From NCBI GenBank assembly GCA_965209055.1, contig OZ242374.1, positions 2,784,001-2,848,000 of the forward strand: 64,000 nt of DNA, written 5' to 3'. A program made the translations under genes and the position numbers. The notes under the pieces are model-generated. The model was not told where the DNA came from, ran no database searches, and saw only the letters and a list, made by a program, of their open reading frames with translations. Each line of letters starts with the position of its first letter. Position 1 is the first letter of the stretch. Of this stretch, positions 39,659 through 48,868 are shown piece by piece. This DNA comes from Acidobacteriota bacterium. GTDB taxonomy: Bacteria; Acidobacteriota; UBA6911; RPQK01; JAJDTT01.

Positions 39659-40932
39659 AGCTGGTGACCATGCGAACTCCGGAACCTGAGCTCAGGCGAA
39701 TCTCCTGGTCTGTGGCCGCATTTCTGATGCTGGCGGGGGCCGGATGCACGACACCGGCCGCCGAAGCAGAGCCGGCTGCCGAAACGGAACCGGCCGAAGC
39801 CGACGCGGAACACGACCCGGGTTTGATTCGTCTGGACGAGGAGGCGATCCGAATTGCCGGCATCACCCTCGCCGAAGCGGAAACCGGAAAACTCGAAATA
39901 GAATTGCAGGTCCCGGGACGGATCACCATCAACCAGGACGCCACGGCGCGCGTGGGCACATTTGCCGAAGGCGTCGTTGTCGCGTGTTGCGAGTCGGTCG
40001 GCACGGACGTCGAAAAAGGACACGTGCTCGCGAGCCTTCACAGCCACGAGGTCCATGACGGTGAGGCTTCCTATTGGGAAGCCCGGGCCGAGTTGGAACG
40101 ACGGAAGACGGAACTGCAGTTCGCCCGGGAGACCTACAATCGGGCTTCCCGTCTGCATGAGCTGAAAGCCGGCTCGCTGCAGAAGGTGCAAGAGGCCGAA
40201 TCGAAGTTGCGCAGCGCCGAGATGTTTCTCGAAATCGCCAGGGCCGGAGTGAAGCGTACCGAGATCCACCTGCGCTACTTGGGCCTTTCCCCGGAGCGGC
40301 TGCCGAGCGCGCCTGGCGAGCACCATCTCGCACACGAAGAGCAGCACTTGATCGAGGTGCGTTCGCCGGTGCCGGGCACCATTATCGAGCGTATGATCAC
40401 TCCGGGCGCCGTGGTCGCCCCTTCGGATTCGCTCTACGTCATCAGCGACCTGACGAGCCTGTGGGTGATCGCCCAGGTCCCGGAGCAGCACCTCTCTTCG
40501 CTGCGCAACGGACAGGCAGTAAAAGTGTCGGTGCGGGCTTATCCCGGCAGGACATTTCCCGCTCGCATCACCTACATCGGCGACGCGCTCGATCCGGAAA
40601 CGCGAACCGTCGAGGTGCGTTGCGAGCTGAACAACCCCGGCCGACGGCTCAAGAGAGAGATGTTCGCCACCATCGCCATCGACACCGGCACTCGTCGGGA
40701 AGCGGTCGTCGCACCCCTTGCCGCACTGCAAAACGTGGACGGCGAGGAAGTCCTGTTCGTGCCCGAGGGAGAGGCTTCCTATCGAGTCCGCCCGGTCCAG
40801 GCCGGACGGCGATCCGGATCCATCGTGGAAATCGTGAGCGGCGTGCAGGCAGGCGAGGCGGTGGTGGTCAATGGCGCCTTCCACCTCAAATCCCAGCTGC
40901 TGAAGGCCCGGATGGTCGGACATCATCATTAG
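39655..40932 (+). CDS. czcB: RND membrane-fusion protein (CzcB/CusB family)
   Basis: Lipoprotein-like N-terminus, VRSPVPGTIIER, LDPETRT, His-rich segments. Confidence 0.88.
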   Translation: MKLVTMRTPEPELRRISWSVAAFLMLAGAGCTTPAAEAEPAAETEPAEADAEHDPGLIRLDEEAIRIAGITLAEAETGKLEIELQVPGRITINQDATARVGTFAEGVVVACCESVGTDVEKGHVLASLHSHEVHDGEASYWEARAELERRKTELQFARETYNRASRLHELKAGSLQKVQEAESKLRSAEMFLEIARAGVKRTEIHLRYLGLSPERLPSAPGEHHLAHEEQHLIEVRSPVPGTIIERMITPGAVVAPSDSLYVISDLTSLWVIAQVPEQHLSSLRNGQAVKVSVRAYPGRTFPARITYIGDALDPETRTVEVRCELNNPGRRLKREMFATIAIDTGTRREAVVAPLAALQNVDGEEVLFVPEGEASYRVRPVQAGRRSGSIVEIVSGVQAGEAVVVNGAFHLKSQLLKARMVGHHH

Positions 40933-40983
40933 CAGCCCGGCGGCCGCGCCGGTCGAGCCGCAATGGCCGCCGGCATCTGGAAC

Positions 40984-43900
40984 ATGCTCAAGCGCATCAT
41001 CGACTACCACCTGGATCACCGTTGGGTTGTCCTGATCGGCTTGGCGATGCTCCTGGCGGCCGGCCTCAACGCCCTCTACCAGATTCCCATCGACGCGTTT
41101 CCGGACCTGACCAACAACCAGGTCACCGTCATCACCGAAGCGCCGGGCATGGCTCCGGTGGAGGTCGAGCAACTGCTGACCTTCCCCATCGAGTCGTCCA
41201 TGATGGGTCTTCCCAGCACCGAAGAAGTCCGCTCCATTTCCAAATTGGGCCTTTCCATCGTCACCGTCGTCTTTGCCGACGGCGTGGACAACTATTTCGC
41301 GCGGCAGCTTGTCAACGAACGGCTGAACGAAGCGCGCGGCCGGATTCCCGACGGCCTCGAGCCGGCGTTGGGGCCCGTGGCGACGGCCTTCGGCGAGGTG
41401 TACCAGTACACGCTCGAAGGGGAAGGCTACAGCGCCATGGAGCTGAAGACGCTCCATGACTGGGAGATCAAATACCAACTGCGGGCCGTGCCGGGCGTGG
41501 CCGACATCAGCACCTGGGGCGGCTACACGCGGCAGTACGAAATCGAGGTGGATCCCTACCAACTACGTGCGCACGGGCTGACGCTCCGTGACGTGTTCGA
41601 GCGGGTTCGGGACAACAACGACAACTTCGGCGGCGGGTTCGTGGAGCACGCCTCCGAGCAGTACACCGTGCGCGGGCTGGGCCGCGTCGGGAGCGAGCAG
41701 GACTTGGAGACCATCGTCCTGGAGGCCCATGAGGGAACCGCGGTCTACCTGCGTGACGTCGCCGAGGTCAAGGTTGGGCATTTCCCTCGTCAAGGGGCGG
41801 TGACGCGCGACGGCCGGGGGGAGACCGTCTCCGGCACGGTGATCATGCTCCGGGGCCAGAACAGCAAGACGGTCATCGAGCGGGTCAAGGAGGCGTTGGA
41901 AGGAGTTCGCCGTTCGCTTCCCGAGGGCGTGAACATCGTTCCGTTCTACGACCAGTCGGTGGTGATCGACGGGACGATCCGCACGGTTCGCAACAATCTG
42001 CTGCTCGGCGGAGCGTTGGTGGTGGCGATCCTGTTCCTGTTTCTCGGCAATTTTCGCGCCGCACTGCTCGTGGCGGCCGTGATTCCCCTGTCCATGCTCT
42101 TTGCGTTCATCGGAATGCGATGGTTCGGCATCACCGCCAATCTCATGAGCTTGGGAGCCATCGACTTCGGCATGATCGTCGACGGCGCCGTGATCATGAT
42201 CGAGAACCATGTGCGGCGCCTGAAAGGACGTCCCGACCCCGATGTGCCGCTGACCGGAGCCGAGAGCGTCGAGCTGGTGCGCTCGGCGGCTCACCAGGTG
42301 TCTCGGCCGATCCTGACAGGTGTCGGCATCATCATTGCGGTTTACGTTCCGATCCTGAGCTTGCAGGGGCTCGAAGGCCGAATGTACCGTCCCATGGCCT
42401 TCACCGTGTGCGCGGCGTTGCTGGGCTCGCTGGTCTTGACCCTGGCATTGCTCCCGGCCGCGTCCCGCCTCTTGCTGGGCCGCCGGCCGAAGAAATCCCG
42501 AGAGCCGGTCATGGACCGCGCGCGGGCGGTCTACGGGCGCGTCGTGAACTTCGCGCTCGACCACCGGGCGCTGGTGGTTTCCGGCGGATTCCTGCTCGTC
42601 GCCGCTCCCCTGGGCTCACTGCGTTTTATAGGAACTGAATTCATGCCCCGCCTCGATGAGGGGTCCGTGCTGGTTCAGGTCCTTCGGCTTCCCAGCATCT
42701 CCTTGTCCGAATCGGTGGACATCGGGCTCGAAGTCGAAAAGACCTTGTTGGAATTCCCCGAGGTGACGGGCACGGTCGGCAAGACGGGCCGGCCCGACCT
42801 CGCCACCGAGGCTATGGGGATCTACGAAACCGACCTGTACGTCGACCTGAAGCCGCGCGAGCAATGGAGGACGGCCGACACCAAGGAAGGACTGCTGGAA
42901 GCCATGGCGGCGGAACTGTCGAAGATTCCGGGCGTCGTCTACAACTTCACACAACCCATGGCGATGCGCCTGGACGAGACCATCTCCGGCGTGGAGGCTG
43001 ACGTCGCGGTCAAGATTTTCGGGCCCGACGAGGGAGTGCTCGACCGGACGGCCGACGAAGTGCTGCGGGTGATCGGGCAGGTGCGCGGCGCCGCCGACGC
43101 GCAGAAGCAGGTCTTTTCCGGCGCGGCCGAGTGGCAGGTGGTGGTGGACCGGGACGAACTGGCGCGCTACGGCCTCAATATTTCCGACGTGCGCGACGTG
43201 GTGCAAGCCGCGGTGGGCGGCAAGGGGGTGACGGAATTCATCGAGGGCCGCCGCCGGTTTCAGGTCGCCGTCCGGTTGCCTGAGACCTATCGCAGGGACC
43301 GGGCGGCCCTCGGCAGCATTCTGCTGGCGGCGCCGGAGGGAGAGCAGGTTCCGTTGGACCGGGTGGCCGAGATTCGACGCGCCAGCGGGCCGGAAGTCGT
43401 CCATCGCGAAGACAGCCAGCGCCGTATCGTGGTGCAGTGCAACGTCCGCGGGCGCGACATGGGCAGCTTCGTGGCCGAGGCCCAACACCGGATCCAAGCG
43501 GACTTGGATCTGCCGACCGGCTACTACATCACCTGGGGTGGCCAGTTCGAAAATCAACAGCGGGCCATGCAGCGGCTGATGCTGGTCCTGCCGGCGGTCC
43601 TGCTGGTGATCTTCATGCTGTTGTACGTCACGTTCCGATCCGCCAAACAGTCGTTTCTGGTGCTGCTCATCGTTCCGTTCGCCACGGTCGGCGGGATTGC
43701 CGCGCTGTGGCTGCGGGAAATGAACTTGAATGTTTCGGCATCGATCGGGTTCATCGCGGTGTTCGGCGTGGCGGTGCTGGACGGACTGGTGATGGTCTCG
43801 ACGACCAACTCCCTGCTGGAACGGGGCCGTCCGCTGCGCCAGGCCATCGTCGAAGGCGCCGTGACGAGGCTGCGCCCGGTCCTGATGACATCGTTGGTGG

Positions 43901-44073
43901 CCAGTCTGGGGTTCCTGCCCATGGCGCTGGCAACTTCCACCGGCGCCGAAGTTCAGCGCCCGCTGGCCACCGTGGTGATCGGCGGACTGGCCAGCTCCAC
44001 CATCCTGACGCTGCTGTTGCTGCCGGCTCTCTACAGTTGGTTCCTGCCCCGGAACAGGAGGGGGGACTGTTAG
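40984..44073 (+). CDS. czcA: Heavy-metal RND efflux pump (CzcA/CusA family)
   Basis: IDAFPDLT, SLGAIDFGMIVD, RLRPVLMT, GAEVQRPLATVVIGG. Confidence 0.93.
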   Translation: MLKRIIDYHLDHRWVVLIGLAMLLAAGLNALYQIPIDAFPDLTNNQVTVITEAPGMAPVEVEQLLTFPIESSMMGLPSTEEVRSISKLGLSIVTVVFADGVDNYFARQLVNERLNEARGRIPDGLEPALGPVATAFGEVYQYTLEGEGYSAMELKTLHDWEIKYQLRAVPGVADISTWGGYTRQYEIEVDPYQLRAHGLTLRDVFERVRDNNDNFGGGFVEHASEQYTVRGLGRVGSEQDLETIVLEAHEGTAVYLRDVAEVKVGHFPRQGAVTRDGRGETVSGTVIMLRGQNSKTVIERVKEALEGVRRSLPEGVNIVPFYDQSVVIDGTIRTVRNNLLLGGALVVAILFLFLGNFRAALLVAAVIPLSMLFAFIGMRWFGITANLMSLGAIDFGMIVDGAVIMIENHVRRLKGRPDPDVPLTGAESVELVRSAAHQVSRPILTGVGIIIAVYVPILSLQGLEGRMYRPMAFTVCAALLGSLVLTLALLPAASRLLLGRRPKKSREPVMDRARAVYGRVVNFALDHRALVVSGGFLLVAAPLGSLRFIGTEFMPRLDEGSVLVQVLRLPSISLSESVDIGLEVEKTLLEFPEVTGTVGKTGRPDLATEAMGIYETDLYVDLKPREQWRTADTKEGLLEAMAAELSKIPGVVYNFTQPMAMRLDETISGVEADVAVKIFGPDEGVLDRTADEVLRVIGQVRGAADAQKQVFSGAAEWQVVVDRDELARYGLNISDVRDVVQAAVGGKGVTEFIEGRRRFQVAVRLPETYRRDRAALGSILLAAPEGEQVPLDRVAEIRRASGPEVVHREDSQRRIVVQCNVRGRDMGSFVAEAQHRIQADLDLPTGYYITWGGQFENQQRAMQRLMLVLPAVLLVIFMLLYVTFRSAKQSFLVLLIVPFATVGGIAALWLREMNLNVSASIGFIAVFGVAVLDGLVMVSTTNSLLERGRPLRQAIVEGAVTRLRPVLMTSLVASLGFLPMALATSTGAEVQRPLATVVIGGLASSTILTLLLLPALYSWFLPRNRRGDC

Positions 44074-44103
44074 TCCGGTGCTCTGTCCAACTGAGCTACG
44101 GGA
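44067..44103 (-). other. tRNA 5'-half remnant in the att arm (not a complete tRNA)
   Basis: Minus strand reads CCCGTAGCTCAGTTGGACAGAGCACCGGA-CTAACAG (D-arm plus anticodon stem 5' strand). A degenerate equivalent lies at 26310-26346. Confidence 0.7.
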
Positions 44104-44125
44104 TTGATCCTTTCCTTTCAACAGG

Positions 44126-45232
44126 TTATCCCGATGCTCCTCTCAAATCGTTCGTCCTATTTCCTCCCCGTTGCCTGTTTGTTGCCGGTCTCATTTGTGA
44201 GTCTTCGGTAGCCTGTGCCTCCCGAATGCATGCGAGTGCATGAGAACTGACGTAACCCGCGTAGCGCATGGTCGTGCTGATCGACGAGTGCCCCATCAGC
44301 TTCTGCACCGTCCTCACGTCCACCCCCTGCATCAGCCAATGGCTGCAGCGGAATCGTCTCAGGTCGTGAAATCCGACCTTCAACCCCACCCGCTCGGCGG
44401 CCCGGCGCAACGGCTTGTCCGGATTCACCCATCTCGTGCCGGTCCGGATGTTGACGAAGACGTATGGCGTGTTCAGGTAACGAACCAGCCCGACCAGGTA
44501 TCCGGTGGCGTACTTCGAGAGCGGAATCTCCCTCGGCTCGTCGTCCTTGGTGAACTCCACCCATAGCAGCCTCCGGACCAGGTCCACCCGTTTCCAGGTG
44601 AGCGACAACGCTTCGCCTTTCCGTATCCCCGTCTCGCCGATCACCGCAACCATGGCTTGCAGGTAAGGGTTGTCCATCGCCTCGACCAGGTCGCGGAACT
44701 GTTGAACCGTCAAAGGCCGGAAGACCTTCTTGGGTTCTTTGAGTTTGGGGAACCGAACCAGCGGGTGCGTGTCCACTTCCCCGCACTCCAGCGCGTAGGA
44801 AAACAGCTTGCTGATGGCGGCAATGTCGCGGTTCACCGTGGCCGGCTGCACTTGCTTCTTCCTCCGGGCGACGTAGCGGTACAGGTCCTTGCGTTGGAAC
44901 TCCTTCAGGGGAATGTTCCCCAGCACGGCGTTGAGGCTCTTGAACGAGAGCGCGTAGCGACGGCGGGAGCGCATGCGAGGTTTGCAATACTCCTCGAAGA
45001 AACGCTCGTAGAAGCTCCGTACCGTCCAGACGGTGCGATTCCCGCCGGCGAGCTCCTCCTTGAGCTGCTTCCAGGTGCCGTCCAGGATGCTGGACTCGAT
45101 TCGTGTTTGAAGCGCCTGCGCGCTCCGGTAGTTGGGGGCGTACATTCGGAGCCGACCGGATCCGTTCGGCCAGTACTTGCTGACGACGTACCGTCGTCTC
45201 CCCCGGCGATCCTTCACCTTGTAGATGCCCAT
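44126..45232 (-). CDS. int: Tyrosine recombinase/integrase of E2
   Basis: Starts MGIYKVKD like the E1 integrase; highly similar, with the R-K-HxxR-H-Y residues intact. Confidence 0.95.
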   Translation of the reverse strand: MGIYKVKDRRGRRRYVVSKYWPNGSGRLRMYAPNYRSAQALQTRIESSILDGTWKQLKEELAGGNRTVWTVRSFYERFFEEYCKPRMRSRRRYALSFKSLNAVLGNIPLKEFQRKDLYRYVARRKKQVQPATVNRDIAAISKLFSYALECGEVDTHPLVRFPKLKEPKKVFRPLTVQQFRDLVEAMDNPYLQAMVAVIGETGIRKGEALSLTWKRVDLVRRLLWVEFTKDDEPREIPLSKYATGYLVGLVRYLNTPYVFVNIRTGTRWVNPDKPLRRAAERVGLKVGFHDLRRFRCSHWLMQGVDVRTVQKLMGHSSISTTMRYAGYVSSHALACIREAQATEDSQMRPATNRQRGGNRTNDLRGASG

Positions 45233-45821
45233 GCATCTCCTCCTTTCTGGATCCGGGTTCTTCGCCGTGGGGCGAATCGTACCACGGCTCCAGAGAACGG
45301 ACCGGTGGGACCTGTCCCCCCAGACCCCCCAGTGGCGCCAGAACCCGCGCCGGATCACCATTCCGGCGCTGAACCGGGCGCTTTTATTTGTCGCGTCCCA
45401 TAAGAATGGGTCCCTCGCGCAGGATTCCCGCCGCGTCTCTCGCAGGCTTCCCGGTCGGAGCAAATCTGTCCCCGGCCGAGGTGTCGCTTGAAACCCCCTC
45501 AGGCGGGAATTCTCGTGAGATCGTGAAAAAACAAGCCCGCCATCGGGCCTGTGTTGGCCCGCCGCAGCCGGACGAAGGGTTAGGTATAGGCCCCGGAGCG
45601 TCGTCCAGAAGCCTCCGGCGCGGCGCGGGGAAACAGGCAATTCTCAGCACGGGCGCAGCCCGTTAGGTAGTCCGTGAGATCCGGAGCTCGGGCGATCGGC
45701 AAGACGCGATCCTGCTTCCGGAACTCAGCCTGATGGTGAAGACGGCTGACGTCATCCGATCTTCGTGAGTAGAATCTGATGGAAGTGGGTCAATCGAAAG
45801 CAGGCCAAGGAGGCAAAGCAG

Positions 45822-45950
45822 ATGCGCTCAGACCACACCCCCCCCACCATGCTCAGGATGGTCGTTGCCGTCGTCATCGGACTGATTGTGTTCGAGGTGG
45901 TGGCGGCGCTGTATCAGGTCGTCGCCGGGTTCTTTCTGGCGGCTTTCTGA
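45822..45950 (+). CDS. Small hydrophobic protein, 42 aa
   Basis: AAGGAGG RBS; MRSDHTPPTMLRMVVAVVIGLIVFEVVAALYQVVAGFFLAAF. Confidence 0.45.
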   Translation: MRSDHTPPTMLRMVVAVVIGLIVFEVVAALYQVVAGFFLAAF

Positions 45951-46390
45951 CGTCTTGCCGGGTTTTCGGCCCCAAGAGCAATCCAAAATCACGGCGATGG
46001 TAGCCGGTCGGGCCAAGGGTTCCACCTCGATGGCCAGGCCGACATGGAAAGCGTCCTCGGTTCTGGCGATCCAGGGGAGAAAGTAAATTGCACCGGTGGG
46101 GCTGGGGGCTTGAGAGATCGGTGGCAACACTGAACTGGAGGCAAAACGACGCACCCTGTGGGAAATCTCTGATTTTCCACAGGGTGGGGAGGTTCGTTGA
46201 GACGAAGCTCGATCCCTCTTTGGAGAGTTCTTTGGTGGGTATGTGTCTCTTCGCATCCGGGGGGTTCGGGGGGGCTGGCCCCACCGCTACGAGCGTCAGG
46301 TTCACGGTCGGCTTGGTGTGCCGAACGGGGTTCAGGCGCACCAGGGGGGTCTGGGGGGACAGGTCCACCCGGTCCTCGGTCTTCTTCCGG

Positions 46391-46726
46391 GCCTTCCCGC
46401 AGGGAGAATTGAGACGGGAGCGACCCCCCCAGGGGGTGTTGCGCAAATGTGAATTGCGCAACGCCCCCGCGCCCGCACCGGGCAGCAAAAAGGGGGGGTC
46501 GCTCCCGTCCACCTCCGATTTCCCCGAGCGGCCACCCTGTGGCCGGCAATATGGCCGTAACTGATTGAGACGACAAAGGATCAGGAAAGCGGTTTTGTGA
46601 ATCACCGGGACTGCTTTTTGTGAATCCACCCCCCGTGTCCCATTCACACTCCCGGATCGGGCGCGAGACCCTCTTTTCGCCCACCCGAAACAAGTCGCCG
46701 TAAACCTTTGCGACTGCCAAGTGCGG
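46391..46726. other. Conserved structured non-coding block, copy 2
   Basis: Homologous to 35012-35348 with the same nested inverted repeats. Confidence 0.75.
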
Positions 46727-47361
46727 AACTGTCTCGGCGACCGTCCCGCAGCGTTCGCAATACTGCTCACCTGGCCCAACCTGTTAGTCTCGGCCTCCAT
46801 GTGTCCATCCTGCGAGCCGGCTCGGTGGAGGACGAACAATTGTCGGTACAGTCCGTTACCAGGGATGCTCCACTGACTCGGCCAAGGCTGCATTGAAGAG
46901 GGAGGAGCGCGACCGTGAGGGGACCGAACGGAGGGGTTCAAGTAGTCTTCTCCGGGGGAGAGTTTGCAATCTACCGGGCGGAGTCGGTGAACTGGGACCG
47001 GCGGACCGGAACATTGACCTTGGAGCATTCCGGCCGATCCTCCGTGTTCGAGCATTGGGGCGCGAGCCTCCAGGTCATCGCCTGGCGGTGGGTTGATGGG
47101 TCGATTCAGGACCGGACCTGGAGAGTGAAGACCGAATACGGCGGGCGCCTCTAAGGCACGATAAGTTGATCTTATTGGACCCTGTGCCGTCCTAGAGTGG
47201 CTTGGGCAGCTTCTCTCGGACCACGTTACCGGATGGCTCAGGGCGGATCCCCGCCCCCGGGAGAACCGGAGAAACCCGCTTCTTTCCCTCAGGATGTCCA
47301 TTAATTTCAGTGAACGGACCTCCTTGGTGGCTCCCCCTTCCGAATCTCTGAGCGTGGGACT

Positions 47362-47877
47362 CTAAGGAGTTGCGGGAGCTTTGTAGAGCACGGTGTCCTC
47401 GGTTTCCGTCGCGGCATCGACAGCGATCCCTAGGCCGACTCCAATTCCTGTTAAAAGAGCACCGAGTATCAACCCCTGAAAGGCGGTATCGGTCTTTGTT
47501 GACTCTTCAACTGTGGCAATTCCAATCAAGGTCAGTCCACCGCCGACTGCGGCTCCAACAGCGGCTCCTTTCCATGCTCCGTCTCCCAACCCATCCTTGG
47601 AAGGAAGGTTAACTGTCTGGATGTCCGTTTTCGGAATCACTGCACGGCCGGCGGGGTTCAGGAGTTCCAGGGCTGACGCCGACAGGCCTCGGAATTGGCC
47701 GTGGATTCGATCCCCGTTTTTGAGTTCCACCGTGATGGATGATGCCATTTCCAAGGCGGAGACCTTCTCCCAGCGGCCGGGGATCACCTCCGCCCGTGCT
47801 GGCATGGAGGCCAATCCGGCAAGAATCAAGGCAAGTAATCGAATCCGGCATGTCTTCATCGTTTGGGTTTTCTTCAT
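47362..47877 (-). CDS. Hypothetical exported protein with a glycine-zipper TM region
   Basis: AAGGAGG RBS, signal peptide ending ARA, GAAVGAAVGGG motif. Confidence 0.7.
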   Translation of the reverse strand: MKKTQTMKTCRIRLLALILAGLASMPARAEVIPGRWEKVSALEMASSITVELKNGDRIHGQFRGLSASALELLNPAGRAVIPKTDIQTVNLPSKDGLGDGAWKGAAVGAAVGGGLTLIGIATVEESTKTDTAFQGLILGALLTGIGVGLGIAVDAATETEDTVLYKAPATP

Positions 47878-48381
47878 GGCACCTCCTTCTACCTTGGAGT
47901 AACATCGCTTCTTGTTAGCGACTCCTCATCAGAAAATGTGATTTTTTCGTCGGAAGTGGCTCACCGAGGCGAGCAGACGGTGATCGATTCCAGGTAGTCC
48001 CCGACGAAGAACGGCATGGAGCCGCCAGGTGGGGAACAGCGAGTCGATTTTCAGGATCTGGCTATGCTGCCTGTATGTTGCCTGTTCAGCACGTCAAATA
48101 TTGGCAGTCAAGCACTATACCGATTGGGCGAAGAACCCGGTAAATAAATGAAAACGTTAATGTTCGGTAGTCTTTGACTTTCGAACAGTTGGGACTGTTA
48201 GTCCCCCCGTCTTCATTGCCTGCTTCGGTGTCGACCGTACCCGAACCGGAAGAGCGGGGGCAGAAAAACCCCCGCTCTTGGGCCATGCTGGTTTTTCTCT
48301 GGACTTCGCCGACCCGCGGCCGGTGGGGCAATGGTGAGAAAAGCAGTGGCGATCCTTGTGTGTGGGCGTCCTCTTTCGTCT

Positions 48382-48453
48382 TCAGCCGACAGGTTCCGAT
48401 CCTCGCGGAAAATCCAGATCCGCCCACCACACCTCTCCGCGCGCAACTACCAT
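48382..48453 (-). pseudogene. Truncated MazF/PemK-like toxin
   Basis: MVVARGEVWWADLDFPRGSEPVG* matches the typical PemK N-terminus, stops after 23 aa and overlaps the antitoxin stop. Confidence 0.75.
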
Positions 48454-48683
48454 TCGCTGGAACTGACGCTCCGAGCCTGGGCGGCTCTCAACAAGGGATC
48501 GAGGCCGCTCGTTTCATTGGCGAGCACCTCGTTTAGCTTTGATGTCACATCCTCGTCACGGTGTTTCGCTAAGTATTCAGAAACTGCGGTGGCGTACAAT
48601 TCGCTCCTCGACACTCCTTGCCGCTCCGCCAACTCGTTGGCCGAAAGGAACAGTTCTTCCGGTAGTGAGATTGCTGTTTTCAT
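48447..48683 (-). CDS. Ribbon-helix-helix antitoxin (ChpI/MazE-like)
   Basis: MKTAISLPEELF...GVSRSELYATAVSEYL, directly upstream of the mazF remnant. Confidence 0.8.
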   Translation of the reverse strand: MKTAISLPEELFLSANELAERQGVSRSELYATAVSEYLAKHRDEDVTSKLNEVLANETSGLDPLLRAAQARSVSSSEW

Positions 48684-48868
48684 GCAGCAGATTATAGGTG
48701 GCTTCTCCTTAGCGAAACGGAGGAAAGAGTGAAGACAGGCGACAGGTTTGCGCGCAGCAGGCCGCAAAATAGAAAATGATCTTGTCGAGGATGGCTGAGC
48801 CGGATTGGTTCGGATCTCTGTTCCTCCTATGAATCCGACGGGCCCCGGCCCGTGAGGGAGCGCCTCCT

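Larger units (their letters stand above)
44067..48201. mobile_element. Integrative element E2 (tyrosine integrase) inserted in a REP hairpin
   Basis: Direct repeat GGGACTGTTAGTCC at 44063-44076 and 48191-48204 (core CTGTTAG). The empty site is the palindrome GGGGGGA-CTGTTAG-TCCCCCC. Arm repeats at 44170-44190 and 48066-48086. Confidence 0.88.

Noticed and set aside
44060-44110. Possible tRNA gene
   Set aside because: Only the D-arm and half the anticodon stem are present, with no T-arm or acceptor 3' strand; treated as an att remnant.
45233-45640. 136-aa N-terminal extension of the E2 integrase
   Set aside because: The E1 paralog starts at MGIYKV with the same RBS, and the extension crosses non-homologous repeat DNA.
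46120-46190. Possible IS terminal repeat (GTGGCAACACTGAACTGGAGGCAA)
   Set aside because: It looks like an IS end, but no partner repeat or transposase was found, so it is not called.
45874-47301. 475-aa minus-strand ORF in E2 and similar ORFs over 35002-35358
   Set aside because: Low-complexity translation across palindromic non-coding DNA; the frame is not conserved between the two copies.
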